Positions 13,440 to 26,000 of a stretch of DNA of 64,000 nt are shown one piece after another. Position 1 is the stretch's first letter. Each line of letters starts with the position of its first letter. A program made the position numbers and the translations under genes. The notes beneath the pieces were generated by a model, which did not search any database, was not told the origin of the DNA, and was given only the letters and a program-made list of their open reading frames with translations. This DNA is from Chiloscyllium plagiosum (lineage: Eukaryota). The stretch lies in NCBI RefSeq assembly GCF_004010195.1, contig NC_057718.1, positions 48,543,859 through 48,607,858 of the forward strand, in the 5' to 3' direction.

Positions 13440-13690
13440 ACTGTGGAGAGCTCTCACTGCCATTGGCTGTGGGGGAGCGACATGCAGCCAATCCGAGTTG
13501 AACACTGGCAACTTCTTCCCAAGCTGACTTGAACTCTCTTGCCAAATGTGCAGATGAGTTTTAGGAAAGTTTTTGGTTTGCAAAGTCAAGTTCTCTCCCC
13601 GCCCCCAAGTCTGTTTTCGCCCCCAGCTTTTCACGTTTCCATTCTAATTGCTGTTTCGAGTTAAGGGCAGAGCGGAGGGAGCATTGCACA
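13440..13690 (+). promoter_or_regulatory. HLX proximal promoter / 5' UTR region
   Basis: Two opposed CCAAT boxes (ATTGG 13462-13466, CCAAT 13488-13492) and a GC box CCCCGCCCC (13597-13605) just upstream of the ATG. The TSS cannot be determined from sequence. Confidence 0.6.
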
Positions 13691-14159
13691 ATGTACACTA
13701 CAGGACTAGCTCCTTACTACGCCAGTAATTTCAGCCTCTGGTCCGCCTATTGCTCGAACGGCTTTTTGGATTCGGTGAAGAAGCCGTCGTTTTGTATCGC
13801 GGACATCCTGCATCTCAGTGACGCCGAGAACATGCCGAGTGCCCCTCCGCCTCTGCCCGGGTCGCCGGCCGCTGTGGCCCATCTGAGCGGATCACACGCC
13901 ATGCAATCCCCGGGCTCTCCCGTTCGTCCCACACCCGTGGCTCCCGAGCGGCTCGCCAGCTTCACCACGAGAGTTTCCCCGACCTCTCCCTACCAGCGAA
14001 GCCCCGCCATCTGCACTTCCTCATCGGCCAGGATCCACCTCGCCGCCGGTTCGATGCAGCAGCTCCCCGCTCCGTCCAGCAGAGACCTCAAATTCGGCAT
14101 TGATCGGATTCTTTCCACTGACTTTGACTTTAAAATCAAAGACTGCAGTAGCATACGAG
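13691..14159 (+). CDS. HLX: H2.0-like homeobox protein HLX, coding exon 1
   Basis: MYTTGLAPYYASNFSLWSAY...KKPSFCIADIL...RDLKFGIDRILS matches the HLX N-terminus with two eh1-like motifs. Donor GAG|GTAAGA after 14159; 469 nt, phase 1. Confidence 0.96.
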
Positions 14160-14649
14160 GTAAGATAGGCCGGGCAAGGACCTGTCGTTTTATTTTTCAC
14201 CTCAAGCATCAGTAACAATGTCAGGAGAGCAGGACTCATATTTTACAAATTTAAAGTCAGTAACCACTGCACGGGAAGCTGATGGGCTGGTTATTGGACC
14301 ACTTTTATTTGTGTTAAAGAAGCATCTAGCGTCTGTAAAAGGGGGTGGATGCATCCTTTGGGGAATAAGCACTCTAGTGACGGGAAACTAGTGTGAGGTC
14401 TGCCTTGCCAGGGAACATGTTTCTGTCAGTGCAGCTCTCCATTGCTGTAAATACACATCTGGCTTTCTTACACTTTTTAAAACAACAAGTTTTTCTACAT
14501 TTCCGATCTTGGTACCAGCCTAAACTGGTAGGGGTGGGGGTGGTGGCGGGGGTGTTGACCATGGTTTACAGAATTGACCGAATGATTTGGAAACGGTTTT
14601 TTTTTTGAAACGGTAATAGCTTAACCTTGCGTTCCAATTGCCACTGCAG

Positions 14650-14814
14650 ATCTCAGCTCGCTTATGGGCACGGCTCGCCAGCCGGGAGTGCACCTCTCTG
14701 TGCAGAGTTCCGCCAGCCAGTTCTTTGCGTCCCTGGACCCTGGACTTGGTGAGCCTTCCTCAGTTTTGAACTCCAGAACCTCGTCCCAGCACCATTATCA
14801 GGACTCATTTCCAG
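14650..14814 (+). CDS. HLX: HLX coding exon 2 (absent from the ORF track)
   Basis: Acceptor CTGCAG|AT and donor CCAG|GTTAAT. 165 nt, phase 1-1, translating DLSSLMGTARQPGVHLSVQSSASQFFASLDPGLGEPSSVLNSRTSSQHHYQDSFP, which resembles HLX QFFASLDP...QDTFPG. Confidence 0.94.
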
Positions 14815-15411
14815 GTTAATAGTCTTAATTCGCCCATTTACGCCACAGGGGGGACAAAGAACTCTGCTTCAGATGCGTTTGTTACAGTATTGCAACGTTG
14901 GAAGGCCATGTAAACATGTATTCAATCTCAGTAAAGTAATTAAGCGATATAAAGTAAGCCACTCGATAAAATACATGTTACAAACCTGCAAAATCGTTCA
15001 TACTCTATGTGGCACATTTATCCCGTTTAGTTTTTATCTAACATCCCTCGCCCCTTTCTGAAAAAAAACATCTACCTCATTTATGTTCTGGTTGTGGGAG
15101 GCAGTGATTCGATCATATTCACAGTTCATCCGATGAGGATCCGAGCCGATGGAATTAGGGATGCGATTCAGGACTTTGGGGGTCAAACCAGGAGGAGCAG
15201 CACATTTTTGATTGGCACGACAGCAGCTGTCAAGCCGTAACACCCCAGGCCAGAATTTTCATGCTGCAAAATACTAAGTGCGCGGTGATGATCTCTGATT
15301 AAACATCACTTTGGAAGCAATTTTATTTTCCTTGTGCTTTTGTCAAAGGAAAACACGCGAGACCCTTCCCGCAACATTAATACTGATGCTACTTTTTCTT
15401 TTAACCAGCAG

Positions 15412-15596
15412 GGCCTTACGCTGTCCTAACGAAAGACACTATGCCCCAGACCTACAAAAGGAAACGGTCCTGGTCCCGAGCTGTTTTCTCCAATCTGCAG
15501 CGAAAAGGGCTGGAGAAGAGGTTTGAGATTCAGAAATATGTGACCAAGCCTGACCGGAAGCAGCTGGCAGCGATGCTGGGCTTGACTGATGCACAG
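15412..15596 (+). CDS. HLX: HLX coding exon 3 (homeodomain helices 1-2)
   Basis: Polypyrimidine tract plus CCAGCAG|GG acceptor. Translates [62 protein letters not shown]. Donor CAG|GTTAGT; 185 nt. Confidence 0.97.
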
Positions 15597-16123
15597 GTTA
15601 GTCCCTCCAATCTGGTCGACTCCAGTATCCTGTTTACATCAGCAATAGGGACCATAAGCACTTGGAAATGCTCCCGGTTGATGTATAATTATATTAGAAT
15701 CCATTACAAAGCCAGACAAAAACAACAGAAGGTCGGACATTCAAAAATGAGCAACAAACAATTGCAAAAGGTGCATGTCGAGAAGGGAATTCACGCCGGG
15801 CTGTCTCCCACTATACTATTTGATTATTAATAAATATGGTGTTATACATTTGAAGGAAGGTATAATGTGGGTCTTCAGAAGCTGTTAAACTGTGACCACA
15901 CTGTTTAATGGGGTTGTCAAGCTCTAAGCATGAGGAAGTGGTATCTTGTGTAAAATCATATTTTGTAACACGGGGTCGTGCGGGGGCTGCTGGAGCTGAG
16001 CTTCAAACCAGCCCTCATCCAGACTTCCTGGGCTGACTAGATTGGGAAACGTCGGGTTTTTATTTATAAAACAAAACACTGAAGATTTTTGCTAAATTGC
16101 GGAATTTGTCCTTCTCCCACTAG

Positions 16124-16447
16124 GTGAAAGTGTGGTTTCAGAACAGGCGGATGAAGTGGAGGCACTCGAAGGAAGCTCAGGCCCAGAGGGAGAAGGAGAA
16201 GGAGCAGTTGGAGAAGCCAGCGTCTCTGGAGGGAGAGCAGCGAGTGAGGGAGAGCCTGAGTGATAATGAGAAAAGTGACTCCGAATTGACTGACGTTAAT
16301 GAGAAAGACATTGAGGTGAACGAGTGTCCTGAACACAAGGCGACTGTCATCAGGTCGGGGCTCGCCTCCCTAAGTACTGTCGAGTTAAAGCAATGCGGCC
16401 CTTCGTCACAAAGTGCCCCACCATCTCCGTTGCAAATTGTGCTATAA
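16124..16447 (+). CDS. HLX: HLX coding exon 4 (homeodomain helix 3 and C-terminus)
   Basis: Acceptor CCCACTAG|GTG; VKVWFQNRRMKWRHSKEAQAQ...; TAA at 16445-16447. The four exons sum to 1143 nt, i.e. 380 aa plus stop, in frame. Confidence 0.97.
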   Translation: MKVWFQNRRMKWRHSKEAQAQREKEKEQLEKPASLEGEQRVRESLSDNEKSDSELTDVNEKDIEVNECPEHKATVIRSGLASLSTVELKQCGPSSQSAPPSPLQIVL

Positions 16448-16905
16448 ATGTGAAATAATTTTACCCCGCCCCTACTAACAGGATTACCAGGAGGTAAAGG
16501 ACAATTTCAGAAGAGTAAGTTATATTGTTGCGAAAGGAAGCTGGGAAATAGATCATGCTGACCACTTCCTACCTGTAAATTGCAAATATGTAAATACGGT
16601 GTTCGACACAAGGCATCATACAGACTGGTTTAAAAATGTTTTAGAAGTATCATAGGGTTGAATCTGTCCACCTTGATTTCCATGTGCTTTATGTATCCCC
16701 CCAAGCTGGAGCAGTAGAGACAGTGGATTTATACATTTCACCAAAGGCAACAATAATATTTTCAACACCGGTGTCTGCGCTCACTTTTATTAACATTCAG
16801 AATAACAACCCTCTGCCCTTACCGAGTCTATTCACTTCAATGACGGTCAACATTTCACTTTCATGCGGGTTGATTCAAAGGCTTGCGCTCATCGCAAATA
16901 CACGG

Positions 16906-16911
16906 AATAAA
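16906..16911 (+). terminator. Candidate HLX polyadenylation signal
   Basis: First AATAAA after the stop codon (~460 nt), followed by a GT/T-rich stretch (ggtttcgttgtacttgcgatttctttg). Confidence 0.55.
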
Positions 16912-17041
16912 GTGGGTATACTGGTTTAAGAAGGTTTCGTTGTACTTGCGATTTCTTTGCTATCTCCTCAATGAATGTGTCCTCAGTAATATTATATCAG
17001 GGATCAAAGTATTGTCGGCATGAATTTGGGGATTTGTATTA

Positions 17042-17096
17042 AATATTTTCGAATATATTTCGAATATATTTCGAAAATAAGGGGAAATAAGGGGAA
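17042..17096. repeat. Short tandem duplications
   Basis: (AATATATTTCG) about 3 copies, followed by (AAATAAGGGG) x2. Confidence 0.8.
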
Positions 17097-20000
17097 TCAC
17101 TGGTGTTCTTTTGTCGCGCCTGCTTTGTTAGAGACAATAATTTAGCTTCAGAGCAGGCAAATTATTCATTGATATTACATTGCTTAAATTAATTATTTTA
17201 ATAGTTTATATTTAACTTTTTTGCATTAGTATAAATTATTTGAATTTTAAATATAAAGAGATAATATATTGAGATTGTACATAGAAAGTAGGAACGGTTA
17301 TGAAGTTTGCTTTGGGGGATTTCTATCTGATCAATTTTACTCGTTAAAAGAAATCAGATTTAATAAGGGCCACACTGAGTTGGCGCTGTTTAAATGCAGT
17401 TTATTTTCACTGGTATATTAAAACAACAGATTATTTTTCTGGTAATGAATTCCCTGTTGTTCACAGGAGCCAGGCGTTAATACGGTCTAAACATTATTCC
17501 TTTATCTTCATTTTAACAGAGTTGTATGAAAATTCAGCTCTCAAAACGATTTTGTCTTTAAGCCTGTCACAGGCTTGTGACGAGACCGTTTGTTCCACTG
17601 CGCCAAGTGACTGCAGCCAGCTCGGTCCAATCCATATCAATTGAGTACTGGTCTCCACACAAGCCACCACCTCTCTCCTCCCCCGCCCCACCCCCCACCC
17701 TCACCCTCCCCAAGATCCTTCACCTCACCACCAGTTACTGCTCACTGTTAGATTGCAAGTCGAACCGACACATATTTCACGGGGGGTGGGGGAGGGGAAT
17801 GGGGGGCAGGAAATCACAGAAAAATTGTCAGTTTTAAAACATTGATTCAGAAGTTCACAATCCGATGTGTTTCTCAGGAACCCATCTGGAGTTATCACCG
17901 GACAGTCCGAGCGATACTCCAGCTGCATGCGAGATGTAATATTTACACTTTGATTCGGTCACCATCGACCATTTCAAAATAGTAATAAAAACCCTCACAA
18001 GTATACCAAGATGAATGCGTGGACTACAGATAGGGACATCGATAATAGACCAGCTATCAGTTCAAGGTTTAATTAGATCATCATTGGCTCTAATAATTCT
18101 GCAATATCCTTCAGTCTGACAGTAAAACGCGTTGGAAAGTCCACTCGCAGTAAAATGTACGAGTAAAGTGAACTCTCACTTGGTTGACATTTTTGGACTG
18201 CTGCCAAATTAGGTCACTGACTCTGATCTGACGTATCGTTGACAGAAGGCAGCAAGGTTTGGAACTGTTAAAGTGAGAGCAGGCTGAAGCTCGCTTTCTT
18301 CGCCTACTTGCGCTTGACTTTGAACATTTCCGTAATTAAATGCACAGAATGTTTTTTTTTAAATTATGATACCCGGCTCCGATCTTTAGTTTCTAAGCGA
18401 CTGAATATAAAATACTCCAAACCACTTGCAAACTCTCTGCGTTTGGCCTACATCTTTGCTACGTTTCAAGCGAGATCTGTCAGCATTAGAGAACTGCTAG
18501 GAGTGGGATTTCTGCTTTTTGCAATATGAGACAGATCATAAACACGTTTGAAATGGATTCGTGTTAATTACAGTGGAAAGTTATTACTGTTAGATGTTCC
18601 TCTTTAAAGCAGGGCGAGTCAACCTTGTTCGAAGCCAGTGACAACTATTTCATTCAATGCTGTAACCCACAGAAGAAAGTGCAGATTATTGTAAATAGGG
18701 CAGTGATCTTTCAAGCCTAGACCAGCAAAACAGATCCAAGAGGGACCGCAGCTATTAATTTTTCCGCTTGATAGAAACACGACCATTGCAAAGCAAAATG
18801 GTAAATTAAATGAATTTGTTAGGGCACTGTTTTAATGGATGTGAAGCCAACTTTATTTTGAATGACCACAATTTTAAGGCTTTAACGGCCTTTCAGATAC
18901 ATAAGTACTTTCAACATAGACAATTAAATCGCAATTTTACACATGAATGGAAACAAGGGTTTATGTAGATTACAGCCGCTTCTCGCGGTCAATGCAGACA
19001 GCAACATTGCCAGGGCTACTTCCGGGACCAATTTGTCCTAATTTCATATACTTTTAGTTGCAATTGGTTTCGGTTTTATTGCTCGTATCCTTGTGTTCAG
19101 TTTTATAAATATTTCCTGGTCAGAAACAATAAAGGAACGCGAAAGAAAATGAAAAGATTAAGGATCCGACTAAAATTGACGCTCATCAGTGCACGCGTTC
19201 TGACTTCCACAAACATTTCCTCACTGGAAAATATCAGTTAGGTTTGCACCTCTTCCTCAGTCTGTTGACAGTAAACATTAATCACCGGGTTTTCCCAATC
19301 TCCTTGCGCCGAAATTCGGAATACAGAACCAGAAGCTCACGTAGAATATCTGTGGAAAACGCAACAGACATTTACAAAGTTACCTAACCGTCCCCTACAC
19401 CTACCAGTACTTCCTACACAATCACGCGCCCTTACAAATAAAAACCACGTCCAGTCTAAAAGTTCGATGACAGTCAGACGTTAAGGCTAGTTTTGTCGTT
19501 GGATTGCCTTATCTCATGACTCGTATCTCTGCCTTTACGTATTCTGCGCGGAACCTTAGAATTATAAAATCCGTTCTAAAGCCTTCCACCTGGAATAAAA
19601 GTCTGAACAAGGACCAGTCAATTCAGTAATCGAATTTTTTTTTCCACAGTAGACTGTCCCTGTTAAATCCCCTGGACTGGCTGGCGTCCACCAAGACAGA
19701 TTGTTACATCTATAATGTCAACTTTTGCTTCTCTTAGTAAATAAACGACCTTATTATTGCTGTTCAACGCTCATCAGAACTAATGACCGTTTATACTAAA
19801 TCTTTATTCACTTTTTAAAATAAACACCAATTTATTAAAATTAAATAAACCCTCAGCTGATGTTTTGGCAAGCCAAATCTGTTATCAGATTGTTACTTAC
19901 TATCTGAAATGTGATTGGTCGTGAGGAAAATTAAAGACTCATTTGAAACCACCTTCAGTATTCCGCCTCGAAAAGCGGCTGTTGTAAAATATATACAGCA

Positions 20001-23000
20001 GCAAACCCTAAATGAATGGGAAGACTTGAAGGGAATGTGTGCATTTGACAAATTCCATAAAACGAGCGCAGTACATGGTTTGCATCCCAACAACATTCCA
20101 TTTAAATATACTTCCCCGTTAACAGACTGGCAACAACTTGGATGTACTGTATTTGTCAAAAGGTTATTGACAAAACCGCAACCTGTATGAGATGCTGCTA
20201 GGCCGTGTGACTTAATGTTTTCACTTTTTTGAGACTGTCCTTTTTCGGGCTTGTTTGGAAATACTGAAAAATACAGATCGTCGAGTCGTCACTCCAGTCC
20301 CCACCAGGCCTTATGGGGAGACTTACTTTTGACTGAAATGGCACATTTTACACGTCTGGAGATTTATAGACTAATGACACCTTAAGGAACGTTGTTTAAA
20401 CCGAAACGTAGTTAAAAAAAATCAACTCCATTAGGGGCACCGTTTACTGATGTTATAGCTCTATTGTTCCACATCTTCCAGACTATCGCGGTTGGAGCAG
20501 TGGGGACAACTTTAAACCGGGGCATTACTGATATCAATAATTTACACAGGGGTGAAAAATAAACATGGTGCTGCATCTCGCAACTTTATCTTATCTCTGG
20601 TGCACAACTACAACGGAACTTAATATCGCGCCAATTGTGATTTTTGTGTTTGATTTAAAAGAACACGGAATAACAGACAAGTTATACTTAAATGGAAAAA
20701 AAATAAATCTGAGCAATCGATCACTTAAACATTTTAATCCAAAGTATTGAATGTTATCATTATTTGATAGGCAGTAAGTGTATTTAGGTATATGGGGGCT
20801 TTTTTGACCTTTTGCTGGTATTCCCATAGATCACCACATACTAGGGTACTCTGGGATGATGCAAATGTAATGGGATCCAGCCATAAACATGCAATTAACC
20901 TCCCTCGATAATGTGGTATAAACAAATTGTCATTGCAAGGCCCCAGCCCCTGGTTGGGATGGAGGAAAGGTTTTGTTTGATTGATGTATTGTCCGCCTTC
21001 GCCATGGACACAAACAAACTGGAGCTCTCGGGGAAAGTAAACTCTTGCCCAAACAGCCGCGAACACTGGGATGTGAAAGAGCTGGGCCATTCACAGGCTG
21101 GTGGCTAGCAATCATCCTAATGAGCTCCATTAAACTGATTATTGATCTCTGGGCCTTTCGGTGAGGTCCGGTTAAAAGGGGGAGGGGGCTGGCGAAGGGG
21201 GTGGTGGCTGACAGTGAGACCAACCAGCTGGCAAACTCCGAACGCACATCGTTGACTTGGTTCGACTAATTAGCGTTTTATGGGTCAGATGACGGGATTA
21301 GAGCAAGTTTTTAGCTTTTCTACTTTAAAAAGTAGAACCAGCTGCGAAGAAAAACCGTACGATTTTATTGTTAAGGTTGCACGTTCGCAACTCTGATTGC
21401 AAGCGGATCCTTCATCGAATGGTGATCGGAAGTCACACACACTGACCAATACTTTGGAATAATTTTAAATTTATAGCGATTTCATTGTGAGCCTAGACAT
21501 GATATTAGACCCTTGAAACGTATGGAAGCATGTACTGTATATAGAGAATGGTGCAGCCAATATTTACATAATCCCCTTGAAAATGTCACGATTGGTTTCT
21601 CCCACTCTTCATGGAAGAGAATTATGCCCCATTAGCAGTCGGCGTGTTGCAGGGCAGTTGTGTGTAGACCATTTGACAGCAGGTGCTTATTCCTGGAAAC
21701 ATGCGGTTCAAACAAATTGTGAAGACATAGTTTTCTGATAAGCATCACTGCAAAGCACTGAAACTGGCTGATCACTGGCACATTGTAAATATTGAGGTAC
21801 TTCAATAACCTCCGTTCATCTATCTAAATATATCCAAATCATAAATATATCAAGGGATTGACCTATTTCGGCATTGTTTTTCTTTGTGCTTTCCAATTTG
21901 TAGCTATCGTCGACTCTTGCAATTAATGGGGGTATTTCTGTAAATCCACTGTCGTACGTTTAAAAAGATCCAGAAATCATTTAATTTATGATCTGACTGC
22001 ACTGTAACTCACAAGCAAAACAACCCGGACCCATCATATCGCCCAGCTCTTGCCAACATTTTCTCCTATATTCCCTCGTTTCGTGCAATTATGACCGAAA
22101 TCCATTTCGGACCATTAACAACGAGTGTATTTGCCAATGTATACACACAATATATAATAGGAAGACCCTTTTTTTCTGATAAAGCAAAACATTGCTGGGG
22201 ATCTCAATTGGAGCAGCTGTGATGGAAAAGCACAGCGGTGCCCAGAGGAGAGACCTGGGCAAGTGTTTCTGGTTTGATCTTGCATCAGAAAATCCCCATC
22301 CGAAGATTCAAACCTGACATTTACAACAACTTTTCCTTTGAAAAAAAAATCAACGTGGATCGTATAGGTTGCAAAGCATTTAAGTGCTACTAGGCATGTA
22401 CGTTATTATTCAAAAAGGTATGTCTTAGCCATGTGTCACAACGTGGGAAAGTGAACAACGTAATCTGGAAATGAAATCTGCTTATAGCGTCAATAACAAG
22501 TGTATTTGGTTCTGCAAAACATAACGTCTGCTGCTTTCTCTGATTTGCGTCTATTCGTACATTTACTTTAAAACAGGTTCAGCGTTTATTTACCCGGATT
22601 TTACAGTACCTTTTACTGCCTTAATCACTGCTATAAAGTTTGCCCACAGATATAATGATAAAAAGGTGGTTTATTTAGTTTAGAATGTTTCTATAATCAA
22701 TAAAAGTTCTTTGTTATCAAACAGTACATCTACTACAAAACTTTATTGCCTGTCTTGTGGATTAACTAAGAGACATTAGTGTACCATAAATGGAATGACT
22801 TTTGATTCCTAGCAGTCGGGAAGATATACTTGGATTCATGCAATACAGCCATCCATTATACTGCTGATATCTGGAGCCAGAATATATACACAGACTATAA
22901 ATTTCACTAGCTCTGCAGTACAATACTTAAAGGCATTACATCTCAACCGCTAACATTCTTTACATAAACGGCTAAAAGGGATTAAATTAGAATGCCTATG

Positions 23001-26000
23001 AAAGAAGATATTGAGCCAAAGAGGTTCGTGCTGTAATTCATCAGCTGGATATGACTCTGATATTCAACAAACGAGTTCTGTAAAGAGCCAGGGCCCGACA
23101 AGGTGACATCGTTATACTGTTCGAATGATACATAGGTCCATGGAACGCTTAATTCAGCGAATGCTTCCCCAGGCACTAGAGCAGCTCGATGGAGAATGTT
23201 GTGGCTTAGAAACTTTTTAATTCTTTTCCCCTTGAAAAACTATCTCACAGGACAGCACCCTGAAGTCCACGCACCACGTCTTCCCCAGCAAGGGGGAGAT
23301 TCTTTGTTGTACGACCATCAAGTGATATTTCACAGATTTCCCAAAGTAAAACGTCAATGAATGCGTTTTAATAGCCGACATAATTAAAGCCACGGCATTA
23401 AATGAATTGAGCGGAGTGAGAAACCATACTTTTAATTAGTTGTGTGCTCATCTGATCTTTGAGTGGTGGGATAGGCCTTATATAATAATTCCAGAGATAT
23501 TCAACAAAGGCAAACAAACAAGCACATGGTGTGCACAGTCTCACTAGCATTACCGTTTTACATAGGTTCTCCGTGGGTAATAATGGACAGATCATTTCAC
23601 CCTGGTATTTTCCATGACTGAATTTGAAGAATCAGGCCTAAAATAACTGCAATCTTCATTTACAAACCAGCGTTTTGGGAATCCTTGAAAAGTCATCTGT
23701 GTGGATCATAATTCAAACACAGATTGTATTTATCCTGATCCTTTAACTCTTGGCAGAGACAGTGTTGTCTGCAGAGAATCAGCTAACCATTTCATAGTAG
23801 CTTACAAAAGGAAAGCACACTTTTAGAATCAATTTACTGGTTGCGGTAAAATAAAACAATCGTAGCGAGGTCCACCAGGTTTGCCATTGCTGTGTTTTTT
23901 TTCTAAAAAAGCAAAATGATTTAATATCATCATTACTGCACTCTCCGAATCCTCAGCAAAACGTGGACAATTATAAAAATCTAATTATCACGAAAGCCAA
24001 AGAAACATGCCAAAAACGCGGGAAGTGTGAGAAGTTGGATTTATTTAGTTAGAAATAAATAATACAATAATATTATGGTAAACTTGTCCTGTGGTTAAAA
24101 TTACATTACAAACATTTATCCCCGATCGTTTATGCCAACCAAATAAAACAAAAAGCAGGGTGAATAAATAATTACATTTACTCCTTAATTCTCCAGTTGC
24201 ACAATAACTTGTTGACGCGGCCATTTGCACAGAAATTGAGATTTTACAGATTTTCTGACAATGGCAGCATTCAATCAGTCAATTGTTGGATAGTTCAGAA
24301 ATTGCACTTTGATAATTATGTGCAACTGTAGTAATCACAAGATCACCTCTAAACTGCTTTCTGTTAAATGACCTGCGTACAACATTGCAGTGAGAGTTGA
24401 AGCTGAGTACTATTTTCGAGCACATATGAAGTAAGGGTTCTGTTGGACGTCTAATGTTCTCCACTTTAATCCAATGTCAACATTTTCACTTCAATACAAG
24501 CTTTTTGCTTATCAGTGCACCCGCTCTCTCGGCAGGCGCACGCACACACAACCAGCACATGTAATCTCTGGCCTTCCTGAACTCAATATGACGCTGAGTT
24601 TAATCATAACCCGTTCATAAAACAAACTATTCGTTTCGAAACTGGGAAATGGGCTTCATTCTCCCATTCAGTTCAGAATGTAAGAAAAAGAATCGCAAAA
24701 CTAGACCCAGTGAGTAAATCATCTGATGTTTGAAATAAGCTGATGATACAGAAAGTGGTATGGAAATTAACTTATTAAGGACTGAAAGCAGTCTGTTAAA
24801 TCAATCAGTGTCTGTCAGCCACGGCATTTTAGTTTTTTAAACAAGGAAACCATAAAGCAGCTCCCGGACCTGTGTTTTTAATGGATGGGTTAGGAAATGA
24901 ATGCAACTGTTTGGTGTCACCCCATTACAGCATCAACGTGGCTTGCCTTTTGGGGGGCGGGGGTGTGGTGAGGGGGAGGGGAGCTACGGAGCCAGCGGGA
25001 TGCAGAGTTCATAGCGACGTCCCCCAACTTCCAGGCGAAATGATCATTTACAGGCTGGACATGACATCTCAATCGATCCGAATTACAAGACGTAAATTAA
25101 AATATGATTTATGTGACATTAAGACTGCAGTCATAAAAGGCTGTCTGATCCCAGGCTGTGGGAAAATAATATCTTTGATTGAGGTCCCCCTGTAGACAGG
25201 CAAGTTTTCCCTCTTCTGTCGTGAACAGTATGAGCTTTCCTGTCTTCCGGAAAGAGGGAGATCCTCCCGAGAAATGTAGCTTTCCGCTTTGCAGCTGCAG
25301 CTTGAATTTCACTTTACAATCTCCTAATAGCTGGCGGTGAAATCCACGACCATTTCGCGCACTAAATAAACAGATCCGCATAATTGAGATTCTGGCGATT
25401 TCTTTTTAATGCTACCAAGATTTATTTATTGCATCGAGTGAAAGCAACTTTCGTTTGGCGCGCTTCTGGTTTAATTTCCTCACGAAAACAAACCTTCCCC
25501 AACCCCTTCATGTTAGGGGTCATTCAACATTTGTACAAGAATGTTGACAGCACTCAATTTCCCAGAGGGGACGAGACAGACAAAAATTAATTTTTATGTA
25601 CATTGTCTTACATTGACGTCCAGAAAGCAACTCATGTTTTGAAACTACTTGCGTCTGATCGATTATCTTAAGACATTTCGTAAACAAGTCGTATATTTTT
25701 TTTCAAAGGTCCCGCATGTACCCGGAATAATATCGATTTTAAATATCAGACTTGTTTGCAAAATGGACGAAAATTCTTGTTTGTCGTTAACGTTTAAACG
25801 CGAACGTTAAACGTTTTTCGAAATAAGATCACTTGTTCTTGCTGAAGTTGACTTTAAGTCAGCGATCTCTTACTCAAGCAATCAAATAGACCCCCCCTAA
25901 CCCTCATCTGCACTCCCAACACTGCACAGAACAAAACTGCACACTGAGAAGATATAATACAGCACTGAGTATTAAGATTCCATAGTCTTTGTTGATTGAT

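Noticed and set aside
14160..14215. ORF-track extension of HLX exon 1 (KIGRARTC...)
   Set aside because: Read-through into intron 1 past a strong GTAAGA donor; HLX similarity resumes only in exon 2.
15597..15830. ORF-track extension after [10 protein letters not shown]
   Set aside because: Intron 3 read-through; helix 3 is supplied in frame by exon 4.
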